A stretch of DNA of 63,160 bases from a virus (taxonomy: Duplodnaviria > Caudoviricetes). Within the stretch, counting starts at the first letter, position 1. Each line of letters begins with the position of its first letter. The notes below the pieces were generated by a model. It made no database searches. It saw only the letters and a list, made by a program, of their open reading frames with translations, and had not been told where the DNA came from. The DNA lies in IMG/VR virus record IMGVR_UViG_3300042934_000776, positions 1 to 63,160 of that record, one strand, 5' to 3'. This document shows positions 18,291 through 26,345 of this stretch, piece by piece. The position numbers and the translations under genes are program-made.

Positions 18291-19138
18291 CAGACGACAC
18301 TCCACGTCGAGCGGCGCGGATTGCGGGTCCCCGGCGACAGCACGCGGGGCGCCTGCTTCAGGCCGTTCGGGTTGAAGATGCGGATGACCTGGTCGACCTC
18401 ACGGATGCCGGTGTAGCCGTCCTTGTAGAGGCCGGTGTCGACCTCCATCGTGGTGCCGCCGCGAGTGATCGTGGTGACACCGGCGGGCAGCCGGCACTTC
18501 TTGTCGCCGGTGCACGCCTTGAAGTATTCGGCGGCCAGCACGCCGGCTGCGAACCGGGTGATCTCGGTGGGCGCCGAGCCCCGGTAGTAGGTGACCTCGA
18601 AGGCCCCGATCTCGTCAGGGTCGAGGGCCATGTCCTGGCAGAGCGGCCACGGCCGGTCGGGGTCGAGCGAGACGAGCCGGTTGCCGTTGTCGACGCGGTA
18701 CGTGGCCCGCGGCTGCTCGACGCCGTCGATCTTGACCGACTCGATGGACCCGACCGGGCCCGGCAGGATGACCTCGCTGACGCGCGAGCAGCTGCAGTCG
18801 TCGGCGCGGCGGCATCCGCAGCCGTTGTACCAGTTGCCCCCGGAGAGGTAGGGCGTGAAGATGCCGCCGATGGTGCGCACCGGCAGGCCGCCGGTGCTGG
18901 TGGTGTCGACGACGGCCTCCATCCAGGTGCCCAGCCCCGCGCAGCGCGCCGCGCACGGACGGACGGTGTCGGGGCAGACGCCGATCTGGTAGGCCGTGAG
19001 CGAGGCGAGCGTGTACCAGGCCAGCGCCTCGGACCGGTGCATCACCGCCAGGGTCTCGGGATTGCCCCGCATCGCCTCGAGCTCGGCGACGGTGTAGGCG
19101 CACGTCCAGTCGGTGTCGGCCGGGTAGCACATGGTCAT
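18290..19138 (-). CDS. Head-to-tail adaptor
   Basis: VRPC...CGC...WPLCQD...CRLPAGVT...TGIREVD motifs typical of actinophage adaptors. Confidence 0.8.
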   Translation of the reverse strand: MTMCYPADTDWTCAYTVAELEAMRGNPETLAVMHRSEALAWYTLASLTAYQIGVCPDTVRPCAARCAGLGTWMEAVVDTTSTGGLPVRTIGGIFTPYLSGGNWYNGCGCRRADDCSCSRVSEVILPGPVGSIESVKIDGVEQPRATYRVDNGNRLVSLDPDRPWPLCQDMALDPDEIGAFEVTYYRGSAPTEITRFAAGVLAAEYFKACTGDKKCRLPAGVTTITRGGTTMEVDTGLYKDGYTGIREVDQVIRIFNPNGLKQAPRVLSPGTRNPRRSTWSVV

Positions 19139-19171
19139 GGCGACCTCCTCGGGCTCAGGATACCCGCCCGG

Positions 19172-20503
19172 TCACAGCAGCAGCCATTCCCAGTCCGGCG
19201 TCCCCGCCGAGGCGACCTCGATGCTCGAGCCACTGGGCACCAGATACTGGCCGGGGGCCGCGCCCATCGAGACGCCGCCGATCGTGACACCCGTCACGGC
19301 GCCGGTGATTCCGACCAGCGCGTCGCGGTAGTACGGGTTCTCCACCACCACGCCGGGGGTGAGGGCGGGCTGGTCGGCGCGCGCGCCCGGGGCGATCTGG
19401 TCGTTGATGATCCGCATGCCGGCAGCCCCGTTGATGGTCAGGAACTGCTGGTAGATGTCGAGCAGGTTGATCCGGCCGACGAGCCGATTGTCGGGGTCGT
19501 AGACGTGCTCGGTGAACGCCGTGACGCCCTCGCCGCCCATCAGGTCGATGATGACCTGGGCGTTGGCTCCGTTGTTGTAGAGCCAGACGTAGGTCGCCTC
19601 GACCAGCAGGTGGTCGATCTGGAAGCCGTGCGTGGTGTAGCGCTGCGTGCCGTCCGGCCACTGCGGGCCGCCGGTGCCCTGGATGACGACGCCGCGGTTG
19701 CAGTAGACCAGGCCGATGAACGCCGCCTGCGTGTGCTCGCCGAGCGCGATCCCGATCCCGAGCCCCTCGGAGGTGTACGCCCCGATGGTGTTGCGGACGT
19801 TGTTCCCGGTGCGCGGCATGTAGACACCCGCGGTGGTGATCTCGGTCGGGGCGCCGATGGCCGGCACGGTGTTCAGCGAGCGATCCGCGAAGACGGACGC
19901 CGTGACGAGGCTGGCGTTCGCGACGAGCCGGAGGTCGATGCCGATGAGCGCGGTGGCGGCGTAGGGCACCTGGATCTGAATGCCGTCGAAGACCACGAGC
20001 ATGTTGGAGAGCGTCGCGTAGGTGTCCTGCGGGGCGTCCGCCAGGTTCGTCGGGCCGCCGATGACGGAGGGGGTGCCGAACTCGGCGTCGTCCACACCGT
20101 CCGCGAGCGTCGACTTGAGGACGGTGCCCATCGACTGCGGCGCGTTCTGGTTCCAGTACAGGAACGCCCCGGCGTCGGCCGCACCCCGGATGGTGAGGAC
20201 GATCTTGCGGTTCGTGCCGATGTTGTGCGGGATGGGGATCTGCGCGTTGCCGTACTCGTGGCCAGGCACCGGGTCGCCCGCGATGAGGTACTCGGCGGGC
20301 TGCGCCTGCACGGTGACGGCGTAGTTGTGGTCCGGCGCGGCCGCGATCGCTGCGGCGATGCATGCCTTCCATGCCGCCGTGTCGTCGGTCACGCCGTCGC
20401 CGACCGCGCCATAGTCCTCCGGGTAGAAGGTGCCAGCCACCGAGCCTCCGGGGATCGCGGAGGGTGGGAACGTGCCGTCAGGTCGCAGGGAGAGCAGTCT
20501 CAT
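19172..20503 (-). CDS. Pectate-lyase-3-like beta-helix protein (putative glycan depolymerase/spike)
   Basis: DYGAVGDGVTDDTAA motif; start MRLLSL overlaps the upstream stop. Confidence 0.8.
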   Translation of the reverse strand: MRLLSLRPDGTFPPSAIPGGSVAGTFYPEDYGAVGDGVTDDTAAWKACIAAAIAAAPDHNYAVTVQAQPAEYLIAGDPVPGHEYGNAQIPIPHNIGTNRKIVLTIRGAADAGAFLYWNQNAPQSMGTVLKSTLADGVDDAEFGTPSVIGGPTNLADAPQDTYATLSNMLVVFDGIQIQVPYAATALIGIDLRLVANASLVTASVFADRSLNTVPAIGAPTEITTAGVYMPRTGNNVRNTIGAYTSEGLGIGIALGEHTQAAFIGLVYCNRGVVIQGTGGPQWPDGTQRYTTHGFQIDHLLVEATYVWLYNNGANAQVIIDLMGGEGVTAFTEHVYDPDNRLVGRINLLDIYQQFLTINGAAGMRIINDQIAPGARADQPALTPGVVVENPYYRDALVGITGAVTGVTIGGVSMGAAPGQYLVPSGSSIEVASAGTPDWEWLLL

Positions 20504-21888
20504 CAGGGCACCTCGAAGATGATGTCGATGGCGTAGTAGGCAGTCGTGGTGCCGGTGATGAGCGTGTTCACGCCACGACCGGGGTCGCTCGCCTGCGAAA
20601 GCGACACATGCCCCGCGGCCGAGAAGATCGGATCGGCCAGCAGGCCCGGGACGATGATGTAGTACTGGCCGCCCGCGTACTGCACCGCGAGGGTGAGTAC
20701 GTCGTTCTCGCCCGGAGTGGTGGTCAGCGCGGGCAGCGTGATCGGCTCGTCGAACAGGATCTCCGTCCACTCCCCGGCCACGCGCGTCGCGGTGTGCACC
20801 TTCGTCGCCACCGGAGTTGAGCCCCAGGTGATGGAGCCGGCCAACTGCGCGCCCTGGTAGTCGTTCAGGTAGGCGTACGCCGTGACGTCGGTGCCGAGCA
20901 GCGTCGGGTCCGCCGCCGGTGGGTTCCACAACTTGAGGCCCGTGACGACCACGGCCAGGTCAGTCTGGAACCGGTTGCCCTGTCGCAGCGATCCACCACC
21001 GTCGGTGTAGATGTCGGCAGCCCCAGGGCTCGCCGAGCCGAAGACAGAGGCGGATCCGGTCGGTGGGGCCGCCACGATCGTGCCGGTGTACAGCTGGTCG
21101 TCGGATCCGGCGGCGTTCGTCGCGCGCACGGTGAACGAGTAGGCTCCCGACCCAGTGGGGGTGCCGGCCACGACAGGCAGCCCGCCGTTGAGCGACACCG
21201 AGAGCCCTGCAGGGACGGTGCCGAGGGTGCTCACCGACGCGATGGGACCGCCCGTGTTGGTCAGCGTCTGCGTGAACGCCTGGTTCTGGGTCATCTCGTT
21301 GAGCGTGGGCGGCCCGATGACGGGCGGCGACAGCGAGGCGGCCACCGTCCAGGGGATGACCTGCTCGTCGCTGCCCGCCACGTTCTCGACGGTCACCGAT
21401 GCACTGCCCGAACCAGCGGCGGTCGGCGTGCCGGAGACGATGCCGGTGGCGCCCATCGTCAGGCCCGCGGGCAGTCCCGTCGCGCCGAAGGTGAGCGGCG
21501 GATCGCCGACGACGACGATCTGCTGCGTGAAGGGAGAGTTCATCACCATCGAGTTGAACGCGGTCGTGATGATCGTCGGCGGCTCGGGCGCCGGTGCCGG
21601 TGCCCCGCCGATGATGATGTCCTGCGACCCCATGGCAGGCGGGTCCGTGCTCTGGGTGGTTCGGGTGTCGATCCAGAGCACGAGCCCACCCGGCGGACCC
21701 GGTCGTGCCGGGCTCGGGTTGCCGTCGGTGACGAAGACGAACCGGGTGTAGATCGACAGGTCGGGAGGGAGTGCGATGTCGCTCTCGAGCCCGTCGACGA
21801 ACTCCCTGAGCGCCTCCCACGACGCGACCATCCCCGCATACCACGGGTCGGTGTTCTCCGCGGGAATGTCAGCCGTGAAGGGCATCAC
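20503..21888 (-). CDS. Virion fibre-like protein with two Ig-like (He_PIG-type) domains and a C-terminal beta domain
   Basis: GLPAGLT...SGTPT..G repeats; C-terminus resembles DUF4082-type domains. Confidence 0.75.
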   Translation of the reverse strand: MMPFTADIPAENTDPWYAGMVASWEALREFVDGLESDIALPPDLSIYTRFVFVTDGNPSPARPGPPGGLVLWIDTRTTQSTDPPAMGSQDIIIGGAPAPAPEPPTIITTAFNSMVMNSPFTQQIVVVGDPPLTFGATGLPAGLTMGATGIVSGTPTAAGSGSASVTVENVAGSDEQVIPWTVAASLSPPVIGPPTLNEMTQNQAFTQTLTNTGGPIASVSTLGTVPAGLSVSLNGGLPVVAGTPTGSGAYSFTVRATNAAGSDDQLYTGTIVAAPPTGSASVFGSASPGAADIYTDGGGSLRQGNRFQTDLAVVVTGLKLWNPPAADPTLLGTDVTAYAYLNDYQGAQLAGSITWGSTPVATKVHTATRVAGEWTEILFDEPITLPALTTTPGENDVLTLAVQYAGGQYYIIVPGLLADPIFSAAGHVSLSQASDPGRGVNTLITGTTTAYYAIDIIFEVP

Positions 21889-21909
21889 TCATCTCCTCTG
21901 AATTGGGGA

Positions 21910-21947
21910 ACGGCCCCGCCTGAACCGCTGAGTTCAGGCGGGGCCGT
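21910..21947 (-). terminator. Hairpin after the major tail gene
   Basis: ACGGCCCCGCCTGAAC-N6-GTTCAGGCGGGGCCGT, 16-bp stem; contains the stop of the frameshift extension. Confidence 0.7.
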
Positions 21948-22011
21948 GGCCGAATGCTCCATGACCGAACGGGCCGTGCCCGAACCCAGTGGTGGGGCCT
22001 ACGGGAAAGGG
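21934..22011 (-). other. Putative -1 frameshift site and C-terminal extension of the major tail protein
   Basis: Slippery C CCT TTC (22011-22005) two codons before the stop; -1 frame reads PFPVGPTTGFGHGPFGHGAFGHGPA*. Confidence 0.65.
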
Positions 22012-22934
22012 ATGACCACGTCGGTCGTGACGACCGTGCCGTTCGAGGTGGCGCGGATCGTGTACGTGCCGTTGGCGGCATAGACGTGAGTCACCGCCGC
22101 CGTGCCCGGCTCGACGTAGTCCCATGTCCCGTCACCGAACTCGACGTAGACCGGTGCCGTGCTGGCGCCGGTGAACGTGATGGCCGCCTCGGTCGGACCT
22201 GCGCCTTCCGCTGCCACGACCGCCGTGATCGGGGTCGCGTCCGGGTCCATGACCGGCCGGGTGCCGTAGAACGGCTCCGGCGGGGCCACCGTGACCCAGA
22301 TGAGCAGCTTGTGGTCGTCCGGGTCCAGCGGCGTGAGCAGCGGGGCAGCGACGCCGCCCACCGACATCACGTTGTACGGACCCGAGCCCCACTGGTTGCC
22401 GTCGCGCGTGCGCGCTCCGGCGATCGTGAAGTTGATCGCGCCGTTCTCGACGGTGTAGCCGTCGATGTAGCCGCCCTTGAGGTAGGGCGCCAGGAAGTAC
22501 CCGTATCGACCGGTTGCCGTGGGGTCCGTGCAGGCGTCCGCGGCCGGCGAGCCGGCCCAGACCTCGAGCGCGTAGCCACGGTCGCCGAGGCTGATCTTCG
22601 AGTTGATCGTGAAGCCGATCGCGTCCCCGTTCTCGTCGAGGTAGACGCGCTGGCCGGTGATCAGCGAGAAGAGCTCCGGGTCAACCTCACAGAAGACCGC
22701 GGTCATCGTGTACCCGACGAACTCGGTCTCGGCCGGCTCGTAGATGCAGCGCTCGCCCGCGGCGTTGGTCTGGTTGATCTCGTCGGTGTCGAGAGTGTTG
22801 GCCTCCCAGGCGACGGAGACGAACCCCTTCGACACCGCCTGCGAAGCATCCCCGTAGACGACGCGACCACAGCCATCGAGCCGCGTCGCGCGCATGCGAC
22901 GGCCCTTGACGGAGCCGTATCCCTTGGAAGCCAT
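21999..22934 (-). CDS. Major tail protein with C-terminal PKD-like domain
   Basis: RATRLDGCG...FCEVDPEL...ALEVWAG family motifs; FGDG...THVY...GTYTI. Confidence 0.9.
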   Translation of the reverse strand: MASKGYGSVKGRRMRATRLDGCGRVVYGDASQAVSKGFVSVAWEANTLDTDEINQTNAAGERCIYEPAETEFVGYTMTAVFCEVDPELFSLITGQRVYLDENGDAIGFTINSKISLGDRGYALEVWAGSPAADACTDPTATGRYGYFLAPYLKGGYIDGYTVENGAINFTIAGARTRDGNQWGSGPYNVMSVGGVAAPLLTPLDPDDHKLLIWVTVAPPEPFYGTRPVMDPDATPITAVVAAEGAGPTEAAITFTGASTAPVYVEFGDGTWDYVEPGTAAVTHVYAANGTYTIRATSNGTVVTTDVVIPFP

Positions 22935-22960
22935 CTGCTACTCCTTCGTGTGTCTGTCGA

Positions 22961-23431
22961 TCAGCCGGCGGCGGGCTTCGTCGCGATCTCGAGCTTCTGC
23001 TTGAGGTTCGCGCCGCTGGGGAACTCGACCTTGGGGTCCTGGTTCTCGGCCCACTCGTCGAACTGGGCGTGCGACCAGCCATCCCGCGGGGTGGCGGTCT
23101 TCGGGTCGTCGTCCTTCGGCTCGCCTGCCTCCTGCGTGCTGGCCGCCTGGGCGCCGGTGTCGCCAGCGTCGCCGGTTGCAGCGTCGCCGGTGGCGGCCGC
23201 GGTCGATGCGGCCGCGTCAGTGTTCGCATCGTCTGCAGCGTCCTCGCCGGACTCCACGCGGGTCGTCTCGTACTCGGCCGCGATATCCTCGGCGACGTGG
23301 TAGCCGCCGCTGACGGTGCGGATGCCAGCCTGACGGTCGGCCTTGATCTTGTCGGCCGCCTCGAGCAGCGCGAGCGCAACGCCGGGGGCACGCTTCACGA
23401 AGACGAAGCCTTCGGGAACTCGGATTGCCAT
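22961..23431 (-). CDS. Virion-associated hypothetical protein
   Basis: Between capsid and tail genes; acidic linker and short helical C-terminal motif. Confidence 0.65.
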   Translation of the reverse strand: MAIRVPEGFVFVKRAPGVALALLEAADKIKADRQAGIRTVSGGYHVAEDIAAEYETTRVESGEDAADDANTDAAASTAAATGDAATGDAGDTGAQAASTQEAGEPKDDDPKTATPRDGWSHAQFDEWAENQDPKVEFPSGANLKQKLEIATKPAAG

Positions 23432-23446
23432 GATGATCTCCTCAGA

Positions 23447-24190
23447 TCAGGGGGTTGTGATGGTGGACGTGACTCGAAACTCGCAGTCCACGGCGAGCAC
23501 GAAGACCTGCTCCGAGAGCGCGTAGTTGCGGTTCATGCGGGGGTCGAGCACCTCGCGGTCCGTGGAGCTCGAGTGCTCGACGAGCACTGCGCCGACGCCG
23601 CGGACGGAGCCGGGTGCGATGCCCCCCGAGGCGATGACCGGCGTGCCGTTCACCGTCGTCGGGAAGTCGTCGAGGCCCTTGATGCTGATCGCGCCGGCGG
23701 CATCCGCGAGCACGGCGTCATACCGGCTCATCAGGATCACGCCGCGGCCGATGTAGCCGCCGTCCAGCGCCTGGTCGACGCGACCGATCGCCTCGGCCAC
23801 GTTGGCGCCGGCGGTGAGCACCGTGCCCCCGTCAGCCCAGGCGGCAAGCAGCGTCTCGAGCTCGCGATCCTGGCCGCGGGCGAGGATGTCGCGCGCGCGC
23901 TGCTTCTCGTCCGGGTCGGGGTTCGCGTAGCACATGACGCCCGCGTACATCGTGAACGGGGCGCCGATGGCGTCGTCGACCTCGATGCCGTCGAACGTCT
24001 TGTCCGGGACCGGAGCCTCCGCGTAGCAGCGGTTCTCCTCGATGGTCGGGAAGGTGCAGGCGTCCGACTGGAAGACGACCGCCTCGGCGACACCGAGTCG
24101 ATCGTTCTGGCGGAACGTGGCGACGGGGCGGATGCCACCCTCGCGGTCCTCGCGAACCGGGGCGATGATCTGGATCGTAGGTCCGGGCAT
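23447..24190 (-). CDS. Second capsid protein (pentamer-type)
   Basis: Follows the major capsid gene; PFTMYAG...C...E pattern as in cluster-B-like actinophages. Confidence 0.7.
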   Translation of the reverse strand: MPGPTIQIIAPVREDREGGIRPVATFRQNDRLGVAEAVVFQSDACTFPTIEENRCYAEAPVPDKTFDGIEVDDAIGAPFTMYAGVMCYANPDPDEKQRARDILARGQDRELETLLAAWADGGTVLTAGANVAEAIGRVDQALDGGYIGRGVILMSRYDAVLADAAGAISIKGLDDFPTTVNGTPVIASGGIAPGSVRGVGAVLVEHSSSTDREVLDPRMNRNYALSEQVFVLAVDCEFRVTSTITTP

Positions 24191-24215
24191 GTGGCCACCT
24201 CCTCTCGGAGTTAGA

Positions 24216-24248
24216 GCCCGGGGCCGCTGGCCTGGCGGCCCCCGGGCT
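24216..24248 (-). terminator. Hairpin between the two capsid genes
   Basis: AGCCCGGGG(G)CCGC-loop-GCGGCCCCGGGCT; could tune capsid protein stoichiometry. Confidence 0.5.
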
Positions 24249-24254
24249 ACTTAC

Positions 24255-26033
24255 TCAGGGAGCGGCGGGTGCGCCGATGGCCGGGTAGCCGGTGGCGCCG
24301 TTGAGGTTGTCGAGGCCGACCGAGACCTTGACGCCGGAGCCGCCGGTGTTGGCGATGCCGAAGCCCTCCTCGAAGAACGCCGCCATGAACTGGTTCATGG
24401 TGAGGTCGTCGGTGTCGTACACCGTGTCGAGGTCGATGACGTCGGTCGCCAGACGGACGAACGCGCCGGCCGGGTACAGCATGTACTCGACCTTGTCGGG
24501 CCAGCGGGTCCAGGCCGCCGTGCCACCCGGGGTCGTGGCCGCGCCGGCGTTGATGCCCTGGTAGTCGCGCACGAACTGGGGGCTGATCTTCCGCTGGGCG
24601 AACCAGGCGTTGATCTGCTGGTCGGTGACCGAGATCAGCGAGCCGTCGGGACGGCGCGAGAGCTCGGAGCGGACCACGCCCTGCACCCACAGCGGGAAGA
24701 TGCCTTCCACGGTGGCGTTGAGCGGCATCGAGTACTGCTCGCGGAGTCGGGTCGCGTTGAGCTCGATGCTCGAGAGCAGGTCGCTCGTGGCCGAGTACGC
24801 CGTGGCCGTGACCGGGGCGAACGTGGTGGCCGCGCCGATGAGCGTCGAGATCCGCTGGATCGTCAGCGCGTTCATGCGGCGAGCGTGGACGATCAGGCCC
24901 AGGCCGAGGTAGCGGCGCAGGAGCTCCGGGTACGTCGCGTTGGTCAGCAGACCGGCGCGGATGGCGTACCCGACGGCGTCCATGCGGACCTCGTCCCAGT
25001 CGGGGCACTCGATGTCGAAGACCGGCTTCGGGGTGACCTGCGCCTCGACCTCCGCCTCCGTCATGACCCAGCCGAGGTTCGCCTCGATCAGCAGTTCGCC
25101 GAGGGTGGGACCCTTGGTGAACTGGATGCCGCCGCGGCGAGCGGTGAGCTCGGCGATGGAGAGCAGGCCGTCGGCCGACTCGAGCTCCAGGAAGCCGTAG
25201 ATCTGCTCCGAGGGGGAGCACCAGCCGCCAGCGGCGACGAGGGAGCCACCGCCGAGGCGCGACTCCTTCGCGGCGGCCATGATCAGGTCGTACTGATCCT
25301 CGGCCGACATCCGCTCGGTGATGGTGAACTCGTTCTCCGGCTTCTCGAGCTTCGCGACGCCGTAGCGCTGCGCGCTGTCGTGCAGGAAGCCGCCCTTGAA
25401 CGCGACATCCGCGACGGGGCCCTTGGCTCCGCGGCGGCCGGCGCGCTTGCCGGACGCGAACATCTTGCTGCGCGCGGCGTACGCCTGGGCGAGCTCCGAG
25501 AAGCCCTTGATCTCCTGCTGCGACTCGAAGCCGGGGATGTTGGCGGCCGCGACGATCGACAGTGCGCCGGAGCGCTCGACCACCTTGTCGACCTCGGCCT
25601 CGGTGATCTTGCCGGAGTCGGCGACCTTCGAGGAGAACGTGCGGGGCACGCGGGGCGTGGTCGTGGCGACGGCGGATGCCGACACTCCGACGAGCTCCTT
25701 GGCCTCTTCGACGACCTCTTCAGCGGCGGGCTCCTCGACCACCTCGGCGGCGGGCTCCTCAACCACCTCCGCGGGCTGAAGGGCAGCACGGGCCGCGGCG
25801 AGTGCCTCGGCGTCGGGCTTGTCGGCTTCGGCGATCTCTGCCTGGCGGTCCGCGATGGAACCGAGGTGGCCGTGCAGTGCGATGAGGTCGCGACCCTGCT
25901 CGGCGGTGATCGTGTCGTCCGGGATGGCGTTGAGCTCCTGAGCTTCCGCGAGGGCGGCTTCGTAGAGCTTCGAGATCTCCTCGGCGGAGAGGGCCGAGAG
26001 ATCCTCGGGCATCTGGAACTTCATGGGGGTCAC
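24255..26033 (-). CDS. Major capsid protein (hexamer-type) with N-terminal scaffold-like domain
   Basis: LVAAGGWCSPSE...ARRGG...CPDWDEVR...FFEEG motifs. Confidence 0.9.
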   Translation of the reverse strand: MTPMKFQMPEDLSALSAEEISKLYEAALAEAQELNAIPDDTITAEQGRDLIALHGHLGSIADRQAEIAEADKPDAEALAAARAALQPAEVVEEPAAEVVEEPAAEEVVEEAKELVGVSASAVATTTPRVPRTFSSKVADSGKITEAEVDKVVERSGALSIVAAANIPGFESQQEIKGFSELAQAYAARSKMFASGKRAGRRGAKGPVADVAFKGGFLHDSAQRYGVAKLEKPENEFTITERMSAEDQYDLIMAAAKESRLGGGSLVAAGGWCSPSEQIYGFLELESADGLLSIAELTARRGGIQFTKGPTLGELLIEANLGWVMTEAEVEAQVTPKPVFDIECPDWDEVRMDAVGYAIRAGLLTNATYPELLRRYLGLGLIVHARRMNALTIQRISTLIGAATTFAPVTATAYSATSDLLSSIELNATRLREQYSMPLNATVEGIFPLWVQGVVRSELSRRPDGSLISVTDQQINAWFAQRKISPQFVRDYQGINAGAATTPGGTAAWTRWPDKVEYMLYPAGAFVRLATDVIDLDTVYDTDDLTMNQFMAAFFEEGFGIANTGGSGVKVSVGLDNLNGATGYPAIGAPAAP

Positions 26034-26116
26034 TCCCTGGTAGAAGAAACGGGGATGGTTCGACTGGGCCTTTTGGCCTGGATCATCACCCGACTACGTC
26101 GGAAGTGAGCTACTGC

Positions 26117-26157
26117 TTCTGGCGGAGAGCTTGGCACGCTCTCCGCCAGAATGTCAA
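26117..26157 (-). promoter_or_regulatory. TTGACA abutting a 14-bp inverted repeat upstream of the capsid gene
   Basis: Minus strand TTGACA-TTCTGGCGGAGAGC-N7-GCTCTCCGCCAGAA. Confidence 0.45.
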
Positions 26158-26161
26158 CTCG

Positions 26162-26338
26162 TCACGCGGCGAGTTCGATGGTCTGCCCGTCGCTGCGGGT
26201 CTTCAGAGTCGAGCCGGCGTACATCCGCAGCGCCGCCTCGGCGCCCGGCTTCGTCGCGTACGACTTCGTCCGGCCGCTCGGCAGGGCCACCACCCAGGGC
26301 TCGGACGCCCCACCGTTGCTGCTGCCACATCCGCACAT
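26162..26338 (-). CDS. Small MCGC-start head protein (58 aa, not in ORF track)
   Basis: MCGCGSSNGG...WVVALPSGRTKSY; typical small gene between protease and capsid. Confidence 0.75.
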   Translation of the reverse strand: MCGCGSSNGGASEPWVVALPSGRTKSYATKPGAEAALRMYAGSTLKTRSDGQTIELAA

Positions 26339-26345
26339 GATTCCC

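Noticed and set aside
24247-24260. CCC TGA at the end of the major capsid gene as a +1 frameshift site
   Set aside because: The +1 frame stops after one codon (GAG TAA), so there is no meaningful extension
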